From assembly GCF_009914755.1 (NCBI RefSeq), contig NC_060935.1: a stretch of 64,000 bases of DNA; one strand, written 5' to 3'. A program made the translations under genes and the position numbers. The notes beneath the pieces were generated by a model. That model was not told the origin of the DNA, ran no database searches, and saw nothing but the letters and a program-made list of their open reading frames with translations. This DNA comes from the human T2T-CHM13v2.0 reference genome, Homo sapiens. This document shows, piece after piece, positions 38,461-51,897 of the stretch; the stretch's first letter is position 1, and each line of letters begins with the position of its first letter.

Positions 38461-40769
38461 AAAAGACATAAGTCTATTTAATATTTAATTCTGAATTGTT
38501 GACAAACATTGGTATAAAACAACAGGCTTCACAAAGGAAAGGAACTACTACATAGCTTGACTTTTATCTTTCAATAACCATCATTTGAGGCACATACTTT
38601 AATTAAAACCCAGTGCTATACAAATTATAACTTATAAATAAGTAGAGCTGTGCATTTGAATTTTAAAATCCTATATTTTGTGGGATTTATTCTCCAGTGA
38701 GCAAATAAATAATCAGACATAAGTTCCCTGGGTTCTTAATTCTACTAAGTTGCCAACTTCAGAAATATGTTTTAGTAAAAACAAGCCTAATTTTAAAAAT
38801 TGCAAATGAGTTATTTCTTTAAATTGCATTACTTGAAATTCTATGTAAAAGAATACTACATTTTTAAGTTTTAAAACTGAGATTAAATAAGTTTTACTTC
38901 CAGAGGGAGAACAAATGAAGCAAGGAGAAAACACTCTACAATTATGTCACCAGAAAAGCACAATTCCATTTACAAAGCCTGGATTCGTGCCCAATTTTTC
39001 CAAAACACATCTACCAGATTACATCTGTATAAGACTTTTTCCATAACAAACAAGGATAACAAGGCAAAAAAGTAATACAAATATAATTCCACTTGAAAAA
39101 TCAAAGTTCAAGATATATCTAGACTAGTTCCATCCCCAGCCCATTTTCCATTCTGCTTTACTGATGCAGAGGCAACAAATCTTGTTTGAATACAAAATTC
39201 TTAACAGAAAAAGCTTTCATAGTTAGCTGTTAATCTACTAAGGCACTATCCTTTCAGGAAAGTGCCATTTTACAGTACCTATAGCAAAAAACCTACACAA
39301 TTTAACCTTTTTAATGAAACTGGATTAGCTTTTCAATGTATTATGTTCTCTACACTTTCTATTTAAAAGCTATTACTAAAGGAGCTTATAAAATGTGAAG
39401 GCTCAGGACACAAATAAGCAATGAGGCTATGTGAAGAACTGGAAGCCTAGAGGTTAACCAGCTTCAAATCATCTGTGAATGATAATTTTCAAAAACACTA
39501 CACCAAACCCTTCATCACACACATAAGAGCCAAACCACAGTCAGTCAAAATGCAACACGTCGCTGTCTGCAGTTAGTTTTGCCTGTAATTAAAACACTAC
39601 CATTTTATGGCTGCTAAAGGTATACACATGAAAAGCAATCATCATCAATTTAAAAAATTGAGAGAGGAAATCAAATTTTATTATAAAACTCTCCTTTTCT
39701 GGTTACTTAGCAAAGCATTTCTCAAAGATTTATTAAGAAATATTGAAACCCACTATTTTCATCCCCCAAAATGTATAAAATATATTCCTTATTAACTAAG
39801 AAAATCTCACTTAGCATTTAAAAAAGTTTAGCAGCAAAACTGTGGGAGGAGTCTCTCCTAGTAATGTATCCTACAAGAGTATGAATGACCTGAGACAAAA
39901 TAAGGGTAACAGCCAACTGTGCCACTAAGCACATGATTTCATTCACCCTTTCTGACTGTCAGGTTTCTCATTTGTCAAATGGGAATAATAACAACTGGAT
40001 CACAGGATTGTTGAGAAAGCTAAAAGAGATGAGTCATGCACGAATATCTATCATAATAGCAGGCTAGACTTTTTTTAATTGTTAGAAGCACATCCCTTCT
40101 CCCACCACAACCTTCCCCACAAAAGAAATCCACATATACCTTTGAAATCAGGCCAGATTTTTTAAATGATACTAACACTTAATTTAGTGTTACTCACTCA
40201 TCTCCCTCCAGCAACTGAAGACTGTAATTCAAGTAAAGATATATCTAACAACTAAAGATACCTTTAAAAATGAGAAAACTGGGTAACATGTAGCTTAACA
40301 ACATACTACTTTTCTTTTTTTTCTCTGCCCTTTTAGGCACTCTCCTAGGGAAAGAACAGTTAACCTTTGTTGCCTAAAACCATCTTCTCCTTGATCTAAC
40401 AGCTATCTGCTTATTCAGCAAATAAAAATTCTGTGAGGGTCTTCCTAAGTTGTTAAAGATCCTAAATTAGTAAGGCACTAATGGGGATACATTGAAACAA
40501 TTCCTGCAAACAGAGCTGATGTATAAATTTGACAGACTCCCTTTGTAACCTAGTGCTAAGGTAGTCATGTAATTCAGGACACTTACGTCTAACGTTAAAC
40601 CTGAAGGGACAACTATTCTAGACAAATTTGCATTTATAATCACCCTACCCATCGTATTATCTCCAGATTGTACATGTGCAAAATGATCTTTTGCTTCAGA
40701 AGGAAAAGGCTTTGTTACTTTTTCTTTTGTAAAAAAAATAACAACTAAACACACCTAGTGGCTAGCTAT

Positions 40770-41765
40770 TGTTTTCCAAAAAAAGGAACCAGGGCTCCTA
40801 TGAAAACTGGATGATGATTCTAGAACTGAGGGAGGAAATATATATTATGAGTCTGGAGCATCTTGTCGTGCCAGAAAGTAAGCAAGTGCTCAAAAAACAC
40901 AATGACGAGAGCATAGCAAAGGAACAAAAGATCTGACTGAAAGAACTCTCAATTTGAAGCTGGAATCAATAAAGTCGTTCTGGATTGTAACAAAAAGTAT
41001 AAAATAAATATCCATGAGTCCATAATAAGATAAATAAAAGATTAAACAAATCAATAAATGGGAGAAACAAATCTCCCATGCAGAATTCAAAACATCTTGT
41101 TAGATGTTCCACCCTCAAGGAGGTAGAGTATAACCCCCTACTCCTTAAGTGTGGGCTGTGCATAGCAACTTCTTTCCAAAAAGTACAGTATGTGGGTGGG
41201 GGAGGGGCTCAGGGAATAATTACAGTGAAAAAACCTAACACCGCCTCAACCAAGTGATCAAGGTTATCATCAGCAGTGATAAGTCATGTTGATAGTAAGT
41301 ACTCTTAATAAAATGTGATGAAATGGCACTCACTTTACCTCTGTGACCTTCCTCCCCAAAACACATAACCCCAGTTGAATGAGTAAAATGTCACATGGTC
41401 TATAAAATACCATCAAGTCATCAAAAACAAGATACAGTCTGACACAGTCATCAAAAACAAAAAAGTCTGAGAAACTGTCCCAGCCAAGAGAAACCTAAGG
41501 AGACATAACTACTAAATGTAATGTGGCATCCTGCATGGGTAGCATCCTGGAACAAAAAGAACATTAGGTAAAAACTAAGGATATCTCAATAAAGTGTGGA
41601 CTTTAATAATAACGTATCAGTATTGGTTCATTATGTGGAACAAATGTAGCTTACTAATGTAAGATGTTATAATGGGTGGAACTGGATGTAAAGTAGATGG
41701 GAACTCTATTATCTTTGCAATTTTTCTAAGAATCTAAAACTGTTCTAAAATTAAAAGTTTAAGAA
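40770..41765 (+). mobile_element. Old L1M (L1MC/MD-like) 3' region; further L1M relics at about 11340-11760, 25210-25730, 33470-33930, 35200-37450 (minus), 50955-51340
   Basis: Typical L1M 3'UTR phrases (AACTAAATGTAATGTGG..ATCCTGGAACA; GGGAACTCT..TCTTTGCAA..TCTAAAACTGTTCTAAAA). Confidence 0.65.
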
Positions 41766-42711
41766 AAAGTAGCAAACCTTAAAATATTTTATATACAGAT
41801 TAACATTATGCACTATGGCCCTCATTTTGTCCAAATGTAAGCCAGTCATTCACTATTTATGATATTCATGGTGTCCTGAGGAAATGATGGAGGTCTGCAT
41901 GCAGAGAGAAGTTGACAGTGGAGAATCCTCCTTCATCTATCCATTTTCAGCATCCTGCAGTGTACTGCACTTCACATGTATGTCGAGTTAAGTAGTTTAA
42001 ACTAATACTCACAAGTATACACAAATGATTTAAAATGTCTCAGACAGGAAACAGCAGGTAGGATATAGGCATAAGCAAGTAGCATAAGTGACATCCCTTC
42101 ATTCCTGAGTTATCAGTCACAATATGAGGTTAGTTGTTATTTAATGATACTTTTAACTAAATAAATCTGACCAGAAGTATGCCAAGACATTTCAAAATTA
42201 TTAAGAAGCCTATGAGCCCTTAGTGGATTTTTATTAATGTAATGAATAAGCAAACATTAGATACATACATATATTTTAAAATAGTAACAACTTGAGAAGC
42301 AACAATGGATTTATAACCATTCTTGTTAACAATGAACCCTGCCCTTTGTATGCTTCAAGATAATGGCTAATGATAGCATGAAGTTTTCATAATTAGCATA
42401 AGATATATGCAGATTACGAAGATAAGCCTTTCTAATTTTTAGTGATGTTTAAAATCATGCTACTCCCAATCTAATATTTTATGAAATTTCACAAAAGGTA
42501 ATGACAAATATGCAGAAGATTTTACAGATGTTGTCTTCTTGTTGAATTCTGTTTTGACAATGAAATGGATGAAAAAGATATAAGTATCCTCAACTTATGC
42601 TCAACAGCAAATGACTTCCTTAAGGAAAACAATGTTTTAGCTAAAATTGTGTAAGTGTAACCAGTGAGAAAGCAGCCACATGTTTGGAATAAAAAGATTC
42701 TGACATACTGT

Positions 42712-42822
42712 CCATCAGGTGAGGATACAAGAAGACATACCCTCATCAGATAATGGATTTGCCAGCACCTTGATCTTGGACTTCCCAGCTTCCAGAACCA
42801 TGAGAAATAAATGTTTATTGTT
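42712..42822 (+). mobile_element. MaLR LTR fragment (MLT1A/MST-like)
   Basis: GCCAGCACCTTGATCTTGGACTTCCCAGCTTCCAGAACCATGAGAAATAAATG motif. Confidence 0.65.
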
Positions 42823-43026
42823 TCGTGTTTTTTGGAGAAAAAAAAAACGATTATGAAGTAAAGTTAAAGGGTTAGCACTACACATATAATTCATTTTCTC
42901 AATCATTCATAGACAAGCAGTTATAGAAAAGTAGATAAATCCAGAAATGTACAGAGTGCTACAGGATATCACTAATGTGGTTAATTTCATAGAAACGAGA
43001 CCTTTAATAAATAGAGGAATACTTAC

Positions 43027-43099
43027 AAACTATAATGAGATGTGTAGGAACTATCACACAGTGTTTAAGTGACTTAGCTCCCGAACTGGACTGCATGGG
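43027..43099 (-). other. MTMR2: Alternative 73-nt cassette exon of MTMR2 (exon '2a'), largely MIR-derived and frameshifting
   Basis: Acceptor GTGTTCCAG (43100-43101) and consensus donor TTT|GTAAGT (43021-43026); consistent with my recollection that short-isoform transcripts carry extra exons here. Confidence 0.7.
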
Positions 43100-43290
43100 C
43101 TGGAACACCGGCAATAGAATTTATTAGCTATGAGATCTTGGACATATTACTTAATCTCTACAAGTTATTATCATCTGTAGAATGGTGACAGAATTGGTCA
43201 GAGTTTTACAAGAGATAATTCATGTATAGCACTTAGAACAACGCTTGGCACACAGTACATATTCAATAAATGTTAGCTATTACTGGTTAT
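43050..43290 (+). mobile_element. MIR SINE, near full length, antisense to MTMR2
   Basis: Degenerate core (TTAGCTATGAGATCTTGGACATATTACTTAATCTCT..TCATCTGTAGAATGG) and tail (GCACTTAGAACA..TGGCACACAGTA..TCAATAAATGTTAGCTATTA). Confidence 0.8.
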
Positions 43291-43555
43291 TATGAGAATA
43301 ATCATAAAAATCTTTTATACCACAAAAAATTCATTAATCATCTTTTGGCAAAGAACTTAGAGGTGATCAACCTCAGAGATGAATTACACATTTTTCTTTT
43401 ACAAATAAGTAAGCATTCCAAATTTGCTGGCCTATTCTGGGATATTTTGTAGACCGGGATCTATGAGAATACTCCATCAGTATCTCCTGCTAAATTAGTT
43501 ATATTGATAGTGTTGGCCACAAATATTTAACAGAAAGTACTTCATCAGAACTTTA

Positions 43556-43744
<189 letters not shown>

Positions 43745-44548
43745 TTAATATAACTCCAATATTTATTAAAATTTCCACAGCCAACTAAGTTCTGCTTTGC
43801 CTATTCAATCTTATCTCTAAGTCTTAACAAATTACAAACTATTCCTGCTGGGTCAAGTATTCTTATGATCCAAGTTCCCTCTGGATAGACTCCCAATACT
43901 CATGAAGACACTCCAGGCTAATTCCTTCTTTTTATCCATTCACCCATCCATTCATTCATCCAAAGAACATTCACTGAGTGGTCCAATGTACAAAACCACT
44001 ACACCAGGCACTGTGATTTGAAAATAAATATGACATCATCCCCATGTTCATGAAGCTCACAAGCCTGTGACACAGACAAGTAAATAAAGTGGTGCAGTGT
44101 TATGACTCTAAATAGAAACACATACACACACACATACACACACACACACACACACAAACACCCCACATACATACAAGTATCTATGGGAGAAAAGAAAAGG
44201 AAGCAGCCAATTCTGGCCAGAAAGTTCAGGGAAGACTTCTCAGAGGAGATGATATTCAAACTGAGTCTCAAAAGATAGGAGATTATCAGACCAACAAACA
44301 AGGAAATTTCAAGAACAAACAAAAGGCAATGCAAAGGTATAGAAGTATCAAAGTCTACAGAACATCTCAGATACTACAAATAGTTGAATAAGGGTGAATG
44401 GATAAAAGAGCAGATGAGGATGGAAAGAGAAGTTCTTTGTACCTTGTACCTTCCCACCACATCAAACAACCCTGCCTGAAGTATCTACTTCTTCCATTAT
44501 AAGTAATCACTCTACAGTTACTTTTACTTTCTTAAATTCCTATAGAAC

Positions 44549-45075
<527 letters not shown>

Positions 45076-46171
45076 TTCTTTTTTATTTTCCACAAAATCT
45101 ACTTCAGGACCTGTGTACACTGTTAACATGTATTATGTTTGTTAAATTTAAAAATCTGTGACAATATGCCACAAATTGAATAACTGATATCATTTCCTCT
45201 TATCAGTAAAACAAAGTTAAAATTATTTAAGGTAAGATCAATGGTAGAAAAACCTCAAATACTTTGAATTGGGTGTTAAAGTTCAGATTTTCAAAAATGT
45301 ATTTTTCTAAAACATATTAAAAGTCTTCCTTATACCAGAATGCAAAATTTTTTTCACTAGATTTTGATGAAATACTTCACCTTTGAGTTGTGATAATATT
45401 AAGAACCATTTAGCTTTAAAATGAATCCCATTTATTCATTACAAACCTGCCTATAACAAGAATAACTAAATTACTTATACAATGTGAAAATCACCTCCCC
45501 AAAAAAGAAATTGTCACTTCATTTAAATGAATGAAAAGTGGCATTCCAGTGCAAACACAACATACTATTTCCAACAACCTATACTATTATACAAAAAAGC
45601 AGTCATAAGAAATTATATTACATAGTTTTATAATGTAAGGAAAGAAAAAGTGATAGGCTGTGATGTTTTCCTTTTTTTTGTATCTAAATTCTGATTAAAT
45701 GTCATTTGCCTTAAAATAACAGGCAAAATAACCAAATTTTAAGCACAGTACTTTGACAGACATTGTTAGCTCCCTCCTTCAAATAGATTCCCCTTTCTCC
45801 CTAACTTTGATCAGGGTAGTTTGTGCCCTGCCGAAGACAAGAGGCTTGCTATTCTCTTCCTTGTGGCTAGGAGAGCCACGTGAGTCAATTCCAGTCAGTG
45901 GGATTTAGTGGGAAATCTGCTAATGGCTATAGAAACCTTTTATTTTCTCAATAAAGGGGAGCAGAAACAGCAGGGTAGTCTTTGTCCTTTCCCATTTCTC
46001 TTGCCTAAAATAAGAATATAAAGTTTGAAAATACAAGAGCCATCTTATAAACATTAGCAATGTGCTGGCCTGCTGAGGACAAGGAGCCAAAGAATAGGAT
46101 GAGCATAGGTTCTTGTAGCATCACTGAGCCAACAACTCTCTACCTCTGGAATTCTTGTTATGTAACATAAA

Positions 46172-46934
<763 letters not shown>

Positions 46935-47229
46935 CTAAGAGAGAGAAAATAACAAATCCAGGTACTGCAACTTATACTTTGCAGTCTCAGATTCAAAGAA
47001 TCAGTCTTTCTAGCAAAAGTGTGGTAAACAGCCTTTAATTATTAACTTCTCTTCAGACACACATAAACATAGGTAGATATTATGATCCACAGTGTTATAG
47101 TTTAATAAGCACTAATGTATATTTCTGTATAACCAGTCTACAAAGGGTTTTACTCTCCAGGCAAATATTGAACTGGAGGGGTACAGTGTGGGAATACATC
47201 ATAGTACTGTTCTTGTGATTACGGCAGAA

Positions 47230-47327
47230 ACACACACACACACAGAGAGAGAGAAAGGGGGAGAGAGGGAGGGAGAGAGAGTGCACAGGATAGAGGGAGA
47301 GAGGGAGACAGAGAGAGCATGAGAGAG
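47230..47327. repeat. (CA)n followed by a GA-rich polypurine tract
   Basis: Direct reading. Confidence 0.85.
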
Positions 47328-50300
47328 CAAGTAAGCATGCAGGTGCAGCAGAACTGTTAAAACTTCTGGTATAAACGTAAAGTGCTGCCTTTAGCAGCTA
47401 CTCAGACTGAAGGTGGCCGTGGGCACAGTAGGATGCATAGTTCTCTTTTCTGTAGTTGTTTGTGTTCTTCTGTCATACTGGCTCTGTGCATGCTTGTAGT
47501 CACCATGGCTACTGGTATAACACACGCTAATTTCCACTGCTTTTTTTCCATTTCTCCCTTGCTCATCTTGAAGTCAAGCTCTCTATGTTTATTTTTTATG
47601 AACTGTTCCACAAACAAGCTCTGTATTTCCCAAAATTCATGCCTCTGCTTCAGGCCTTTCCAAAATAGAATGTTCCTTTACCCTAATCTATTTAATAACA
47701 TCCTACCTACCCTTTAAGACCTGGTTTAAAAAACTAACTTCTCCAAGAAGTCTTGGAGTGTTCCAAGAAGGTCTTCCAGTTGGAACTAAACTCTCAGTCT
47801 TCTACACTTTCATAGACTTTGTCTATAACTGCACTTAACACTTCCCACATTAGACTAGAGAACTTCAGTTACATGGCCACCTCTTTTTAAAATTACAAAC
47901 TCCAAATAATAAGAATCTTGTAATTAGCAAGGCATTTGAACTTGAAGTAGAAACTGCAGTCTCTAACCTCATTAAGTAACCGATACCATTTTGGTCCCCA
48001 GATTTCCTAGGCCTATATACTTCATCTCAGTCCATCCAAACATTCCTGTTTTCCTTGTCAACCTGGGCCTTTGTTCCAAATGCTAAAACTTCTAGTCAAC
48101 ACTCTGTCGCATATGTTCATTACCATATTACTTTGTGTTTCCTACACCCACTTTTCTCTGTCCAAGCCTTTCTTCAACTACTAATTCTCTTCCTAATCTT
48201 TATCTGAATGTTTTAGTCCACAGTGAATAAACTCCCCTACATCTTCAACAGGATTCTCCCCTTCACCTCTGCCTCAACTAACCTCTCCTCACAGGAATCC
48301 ACTTCCCTGCAGACTTTAATAAGAGACTCTTTTCTTTTCCCACATGTAACAACGCCCAAAGATGAAACAAGCATTTTCCCAGCTGAACTCTCAGGCTTCT
48401 ACATTACTATTAGTTTTGCATCTTCACATATAAAAACCTTCTTCCTCTAAGGTTTATGGCTTTTCAGTATACAACCTCCTTGTTACTATCATCCACCCAC
48501 CCATCCTCCTCACTCACTAAGGGTTTTCTCATCTGGCTCACTTTCCTCTCTAGCATTTCTTTCTACTCCAAAGCTGCCATCATTATGGGAATTTTATTAT
48601 CCATAAAGATAAACTGTCAACAACCTAGCTCAAAATTCCTCAATTCCTACATAACCTCATACACATTCCCACTTCAGCAATGTGCATCTTGTCATTACAC
48701 CTTGGACTTTATCACTTCTGGGAATTACCCTGCCACTATAATCTTAAACTTGAGGAAATTAATCTTTGACTAGATGCCAACCCTTTCTAAATATTTAACT
48801 TTCTTAACTTTCCCTTCATCTCATCTTCAACCTAGTAGAGACACCCAGACCCTCAACCCCTCCATTTTTTATTATCCTTCATGATTCATTGCTCTCCTTT
48901 GCCCACTTCGCTTCCCTTCCTAACCATCAGTGTCCTTATATCCGTATCCATTAGCCACGACTGTCCTGCTAATCCCTAAATGTGGACCAACATAACCATC
49001 TTTCTTGGCTACTAGTGAAGGAAATCTTCAAACTGGGGCCACTTAGGACTTACGATTAGAAACATCAGCTAGGCCCAACACAGTGCTCAATGATTCTCCC
49101 ATTCCCCAAGTGACTTTTTTAAACCATAACCATCCTCTTCTCCCACACAGCTATCACATCCAATCTATCCAAAGTCCTGTACAGTCTACTTCCCTACCAT
49201 CCCTTGGGTATATCTTCTCTCTATCCTACTTTTTACCATCCTAACACCACTTCTCTGGACTAGTGCAAATAACTTGTCTCTTTTCTCCTACTCATCCAAT
49301 ATATCATCCCAAACCAAAACCAAAGTGATCTTTCCAAAACCTAAATCTGATCATATCAATCCCTTGCTTAAATCTTCATTGATTCCTCACTGCCTACAGA
49401 ATCAAGCCAAAACCCCTCAGCATAACACTCAGTTTTCCACGATCTGGCCCTTGTTCTACATATCCAGCTGTAGTTTTTACTCATCTGGAACCACTGGGAA
49501 TGGCTTGCAGATTTCTTAAGTTCTGTAGCCATTTCATGCCTCTGTGCCTTTGATAACCCTATTGTATCTGCCTCTAATGTCCTTTATAATCTTCCATGCC
49601 CTCTTTGTCCCATCTATCTTGTAGACATACCTACTGCTTCTTTTACTGTACACTGTACATATTTCTATCATAATACCTGTAACATTATATTGCATTTACT
49701 CACCTAAAAGCTCCTCTCCCCACATAGTTATTATTTACTATTTCAAGATTCTTTCTTTACTACAATCTTCTGTGAGCAAACAACCTTCTCAAAATAAAAC
49801 ACGTAAAACACTGAAAGAAGAATACGTGGCATATGTAGCTATTATTATTTATGACAACTGAGTGTTACTGTACACATATTATCCCTCAAGTCAGGTTAGT
49901 TACATAAATAAAATTATAACGGCAAAAGTTCGAAGGCAAGAACTATAATTAGTGGCCTAATGTTTACAAAATAAGAACTTACGTCTCGTGGATGGCATTA
50001 TGTTTGAAGTATTAGAAAAATAAATATTATTCCCACTATGGAAGCATGTGTCTTGGCATTGCAAATGCAGTTTAAAAGTGAAACTATCATAGAAGATTAA
50101 AGTTTTCAAAAGAGTTTCTTGAAATTTTGAAGAAAAAGAACTCCAATTTGAAATTGACTGCTTAAAATTACTTTTCTTCTACATAAAGAAAACTCTTAAG
50201 TCCTAAAAAGGACTAAAAAGAAGAAGACAGTACCAAGGGAAGAGGGTACATGATTACATCACCAATAATAACTTTTCTCTGAGAAAATATGAGTAAAAAT

Positions 50301-50638
50301 CGAATGCTCCTTTTGCCTGTTACTGTTTTCTACATTACATTTCCCAAAACTGTTTACTCCCACTGACAGACACTCCAATTATACAAGATAATTTCATGAA
50401 GAAACAATTTTCATGTTCTTTTCTTCCTGCAAAAAAATTTTATTACCACGCCCTTTCTATATACAAAACATTGGGTTATGAAACAGCCTCTGCACTTCAG
50501 ATTTCTGACCAATAAGAGACATTATACCACACAAGCATATCAATAATACCATGAGAGGTACAAACAAGGGCCAGGAGAAAAAAAAAAAAACCCGAAGGAA
50601 ATGGTAATAGTTATGACTAGAGGAAGCCAAGAAATGTA

Positions 50639-50712
50639 TTAAGTTGAACCATTTGAAATTGCTGTTTTTATAGGTCAGATGGCCAAATATCAACTATTTC
50701 AGATGGCTCCAT
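50639..50712. mobile_element. MADE2-like mariner MITE (degenerate)
   Basis: TTAAGTTGAACCATTTGAAATTGC ... CTATTTCAGATGGCTCCA imperfect palindrome resembling the MADE2 consensus. Confidence 0.6.
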
Positions 50713-51720
50713 GTGCTAATGAAGGAAACAGAAGACACTGAGGTTGGGCCTTTAATGAGTGAATGAATCAGATCAAGGCTTTGGAAATCACACACACACA
50801 AAGGGAAAAAAAGTAAAAATAAAGGGCTTGAGAAACTACAAGGCATATTTTGTAAATAGGTAGTTTATTCAAACTAAACAGATAAAAGGCTGTAATTTGC
50901 TGAAATCTAAATGCCAGGCTTAAAAGCCTGGCTAATAAAAGGCAAGGGGCATACAATGAGATATCACTTCACTCACACTATACTGTCTATAATAAAATTT
51001 TTTTAAAAACAGACAATAGCAGGTGTTGGCAAAGATGTGGAATAATCAGAACACTCAGGCACTGCTTGTGGGAATGTAAAATGGTATAGCCACTTTGGAA
51101 GACAGTCTGGTAGTTCCTTAAAAGGTGAAACACACAATTACCCTATGACCCAGCAATTCTACTCCTAAAAATAAACCCAAGAGAAATGAAAATATTTTTC
51201 CACACACAAAAAAACCCACGATTATTTACCAGAGAAAAACAAAATATATATTAAAAACACATGAATGTACATGAATATGTACATGAATGTTCATAGCAGC
51301 ATTATTCACAATAGCCAAAAAGTGGAAACAACCCATGTCATTCCCCTTCTTAAAATCCTTCAGTGGCTCCCTACTGCTCTCAAGATAAAGATCAATACCT
51401 TACCACAGCCTCAAGTTGCTACATAATCTAATCCTTGCCTCCTTCTCCAGTTCCTCTTTGTATCTCCCTCTCCCCTTGCTCTCCCCAGTTCAACCACACT
51501 AGCCTTCTTTGAGATTCTGAAATTAGCTAGCCCCTCTGCAGGGAGCATGGTTCTGCCAAACTCCTCTCAACTGAAATATCACCTCCTTGGGAAAATCCAA
51601 TCAGATGCCCCAGACAAAACCAGTGCTCCCATAGCCACTCTCATAGCACTTTGTGCTTTTCATTCTTTTCACTTACAACCAGTCTCTTCTTACGTATCTT
51701 TGCAAATGTTTGATTAATGA

Positions 51721-51897
51721 TTTTTTTTTGTTTTTTTGGTTTTTTTTTTTGAGGCAGGGTCTTCCTCTGTCACCCAGGCTGGAGTGCAACAGTGCAATCA
51801 TAGCTCTGTGCAGCCTCAAATTCTTGGACTCAAGTGATCCTCCCCGCTCAGGCTCCCAAGAAGCTAGAATTACAGATGCAAGACACCATGCCTGTCT
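51721..51897 (-). mobile_element. Alu right-arm monomer (FRAM/AluJ)
   Basis: Reverse right arm with TSD TTGATTAATGA. Confidence 0.8.

Noticed and set aside
41417-41475. Tandem AGTCATCAAAAACAA...AGTCTGA repeat resembling repeat-spacer units
   Set aside because: Two copies only, a local slippage duplication inside an L1M relic; not CRISPR
43930-44407. 16-bp inverted repeat (TTTTATCCATTCACCC) about 450 bp apart
   Set aside because: One arm overlaps the low-complexity L2 tail; no TSD or MITE structure; probably chance
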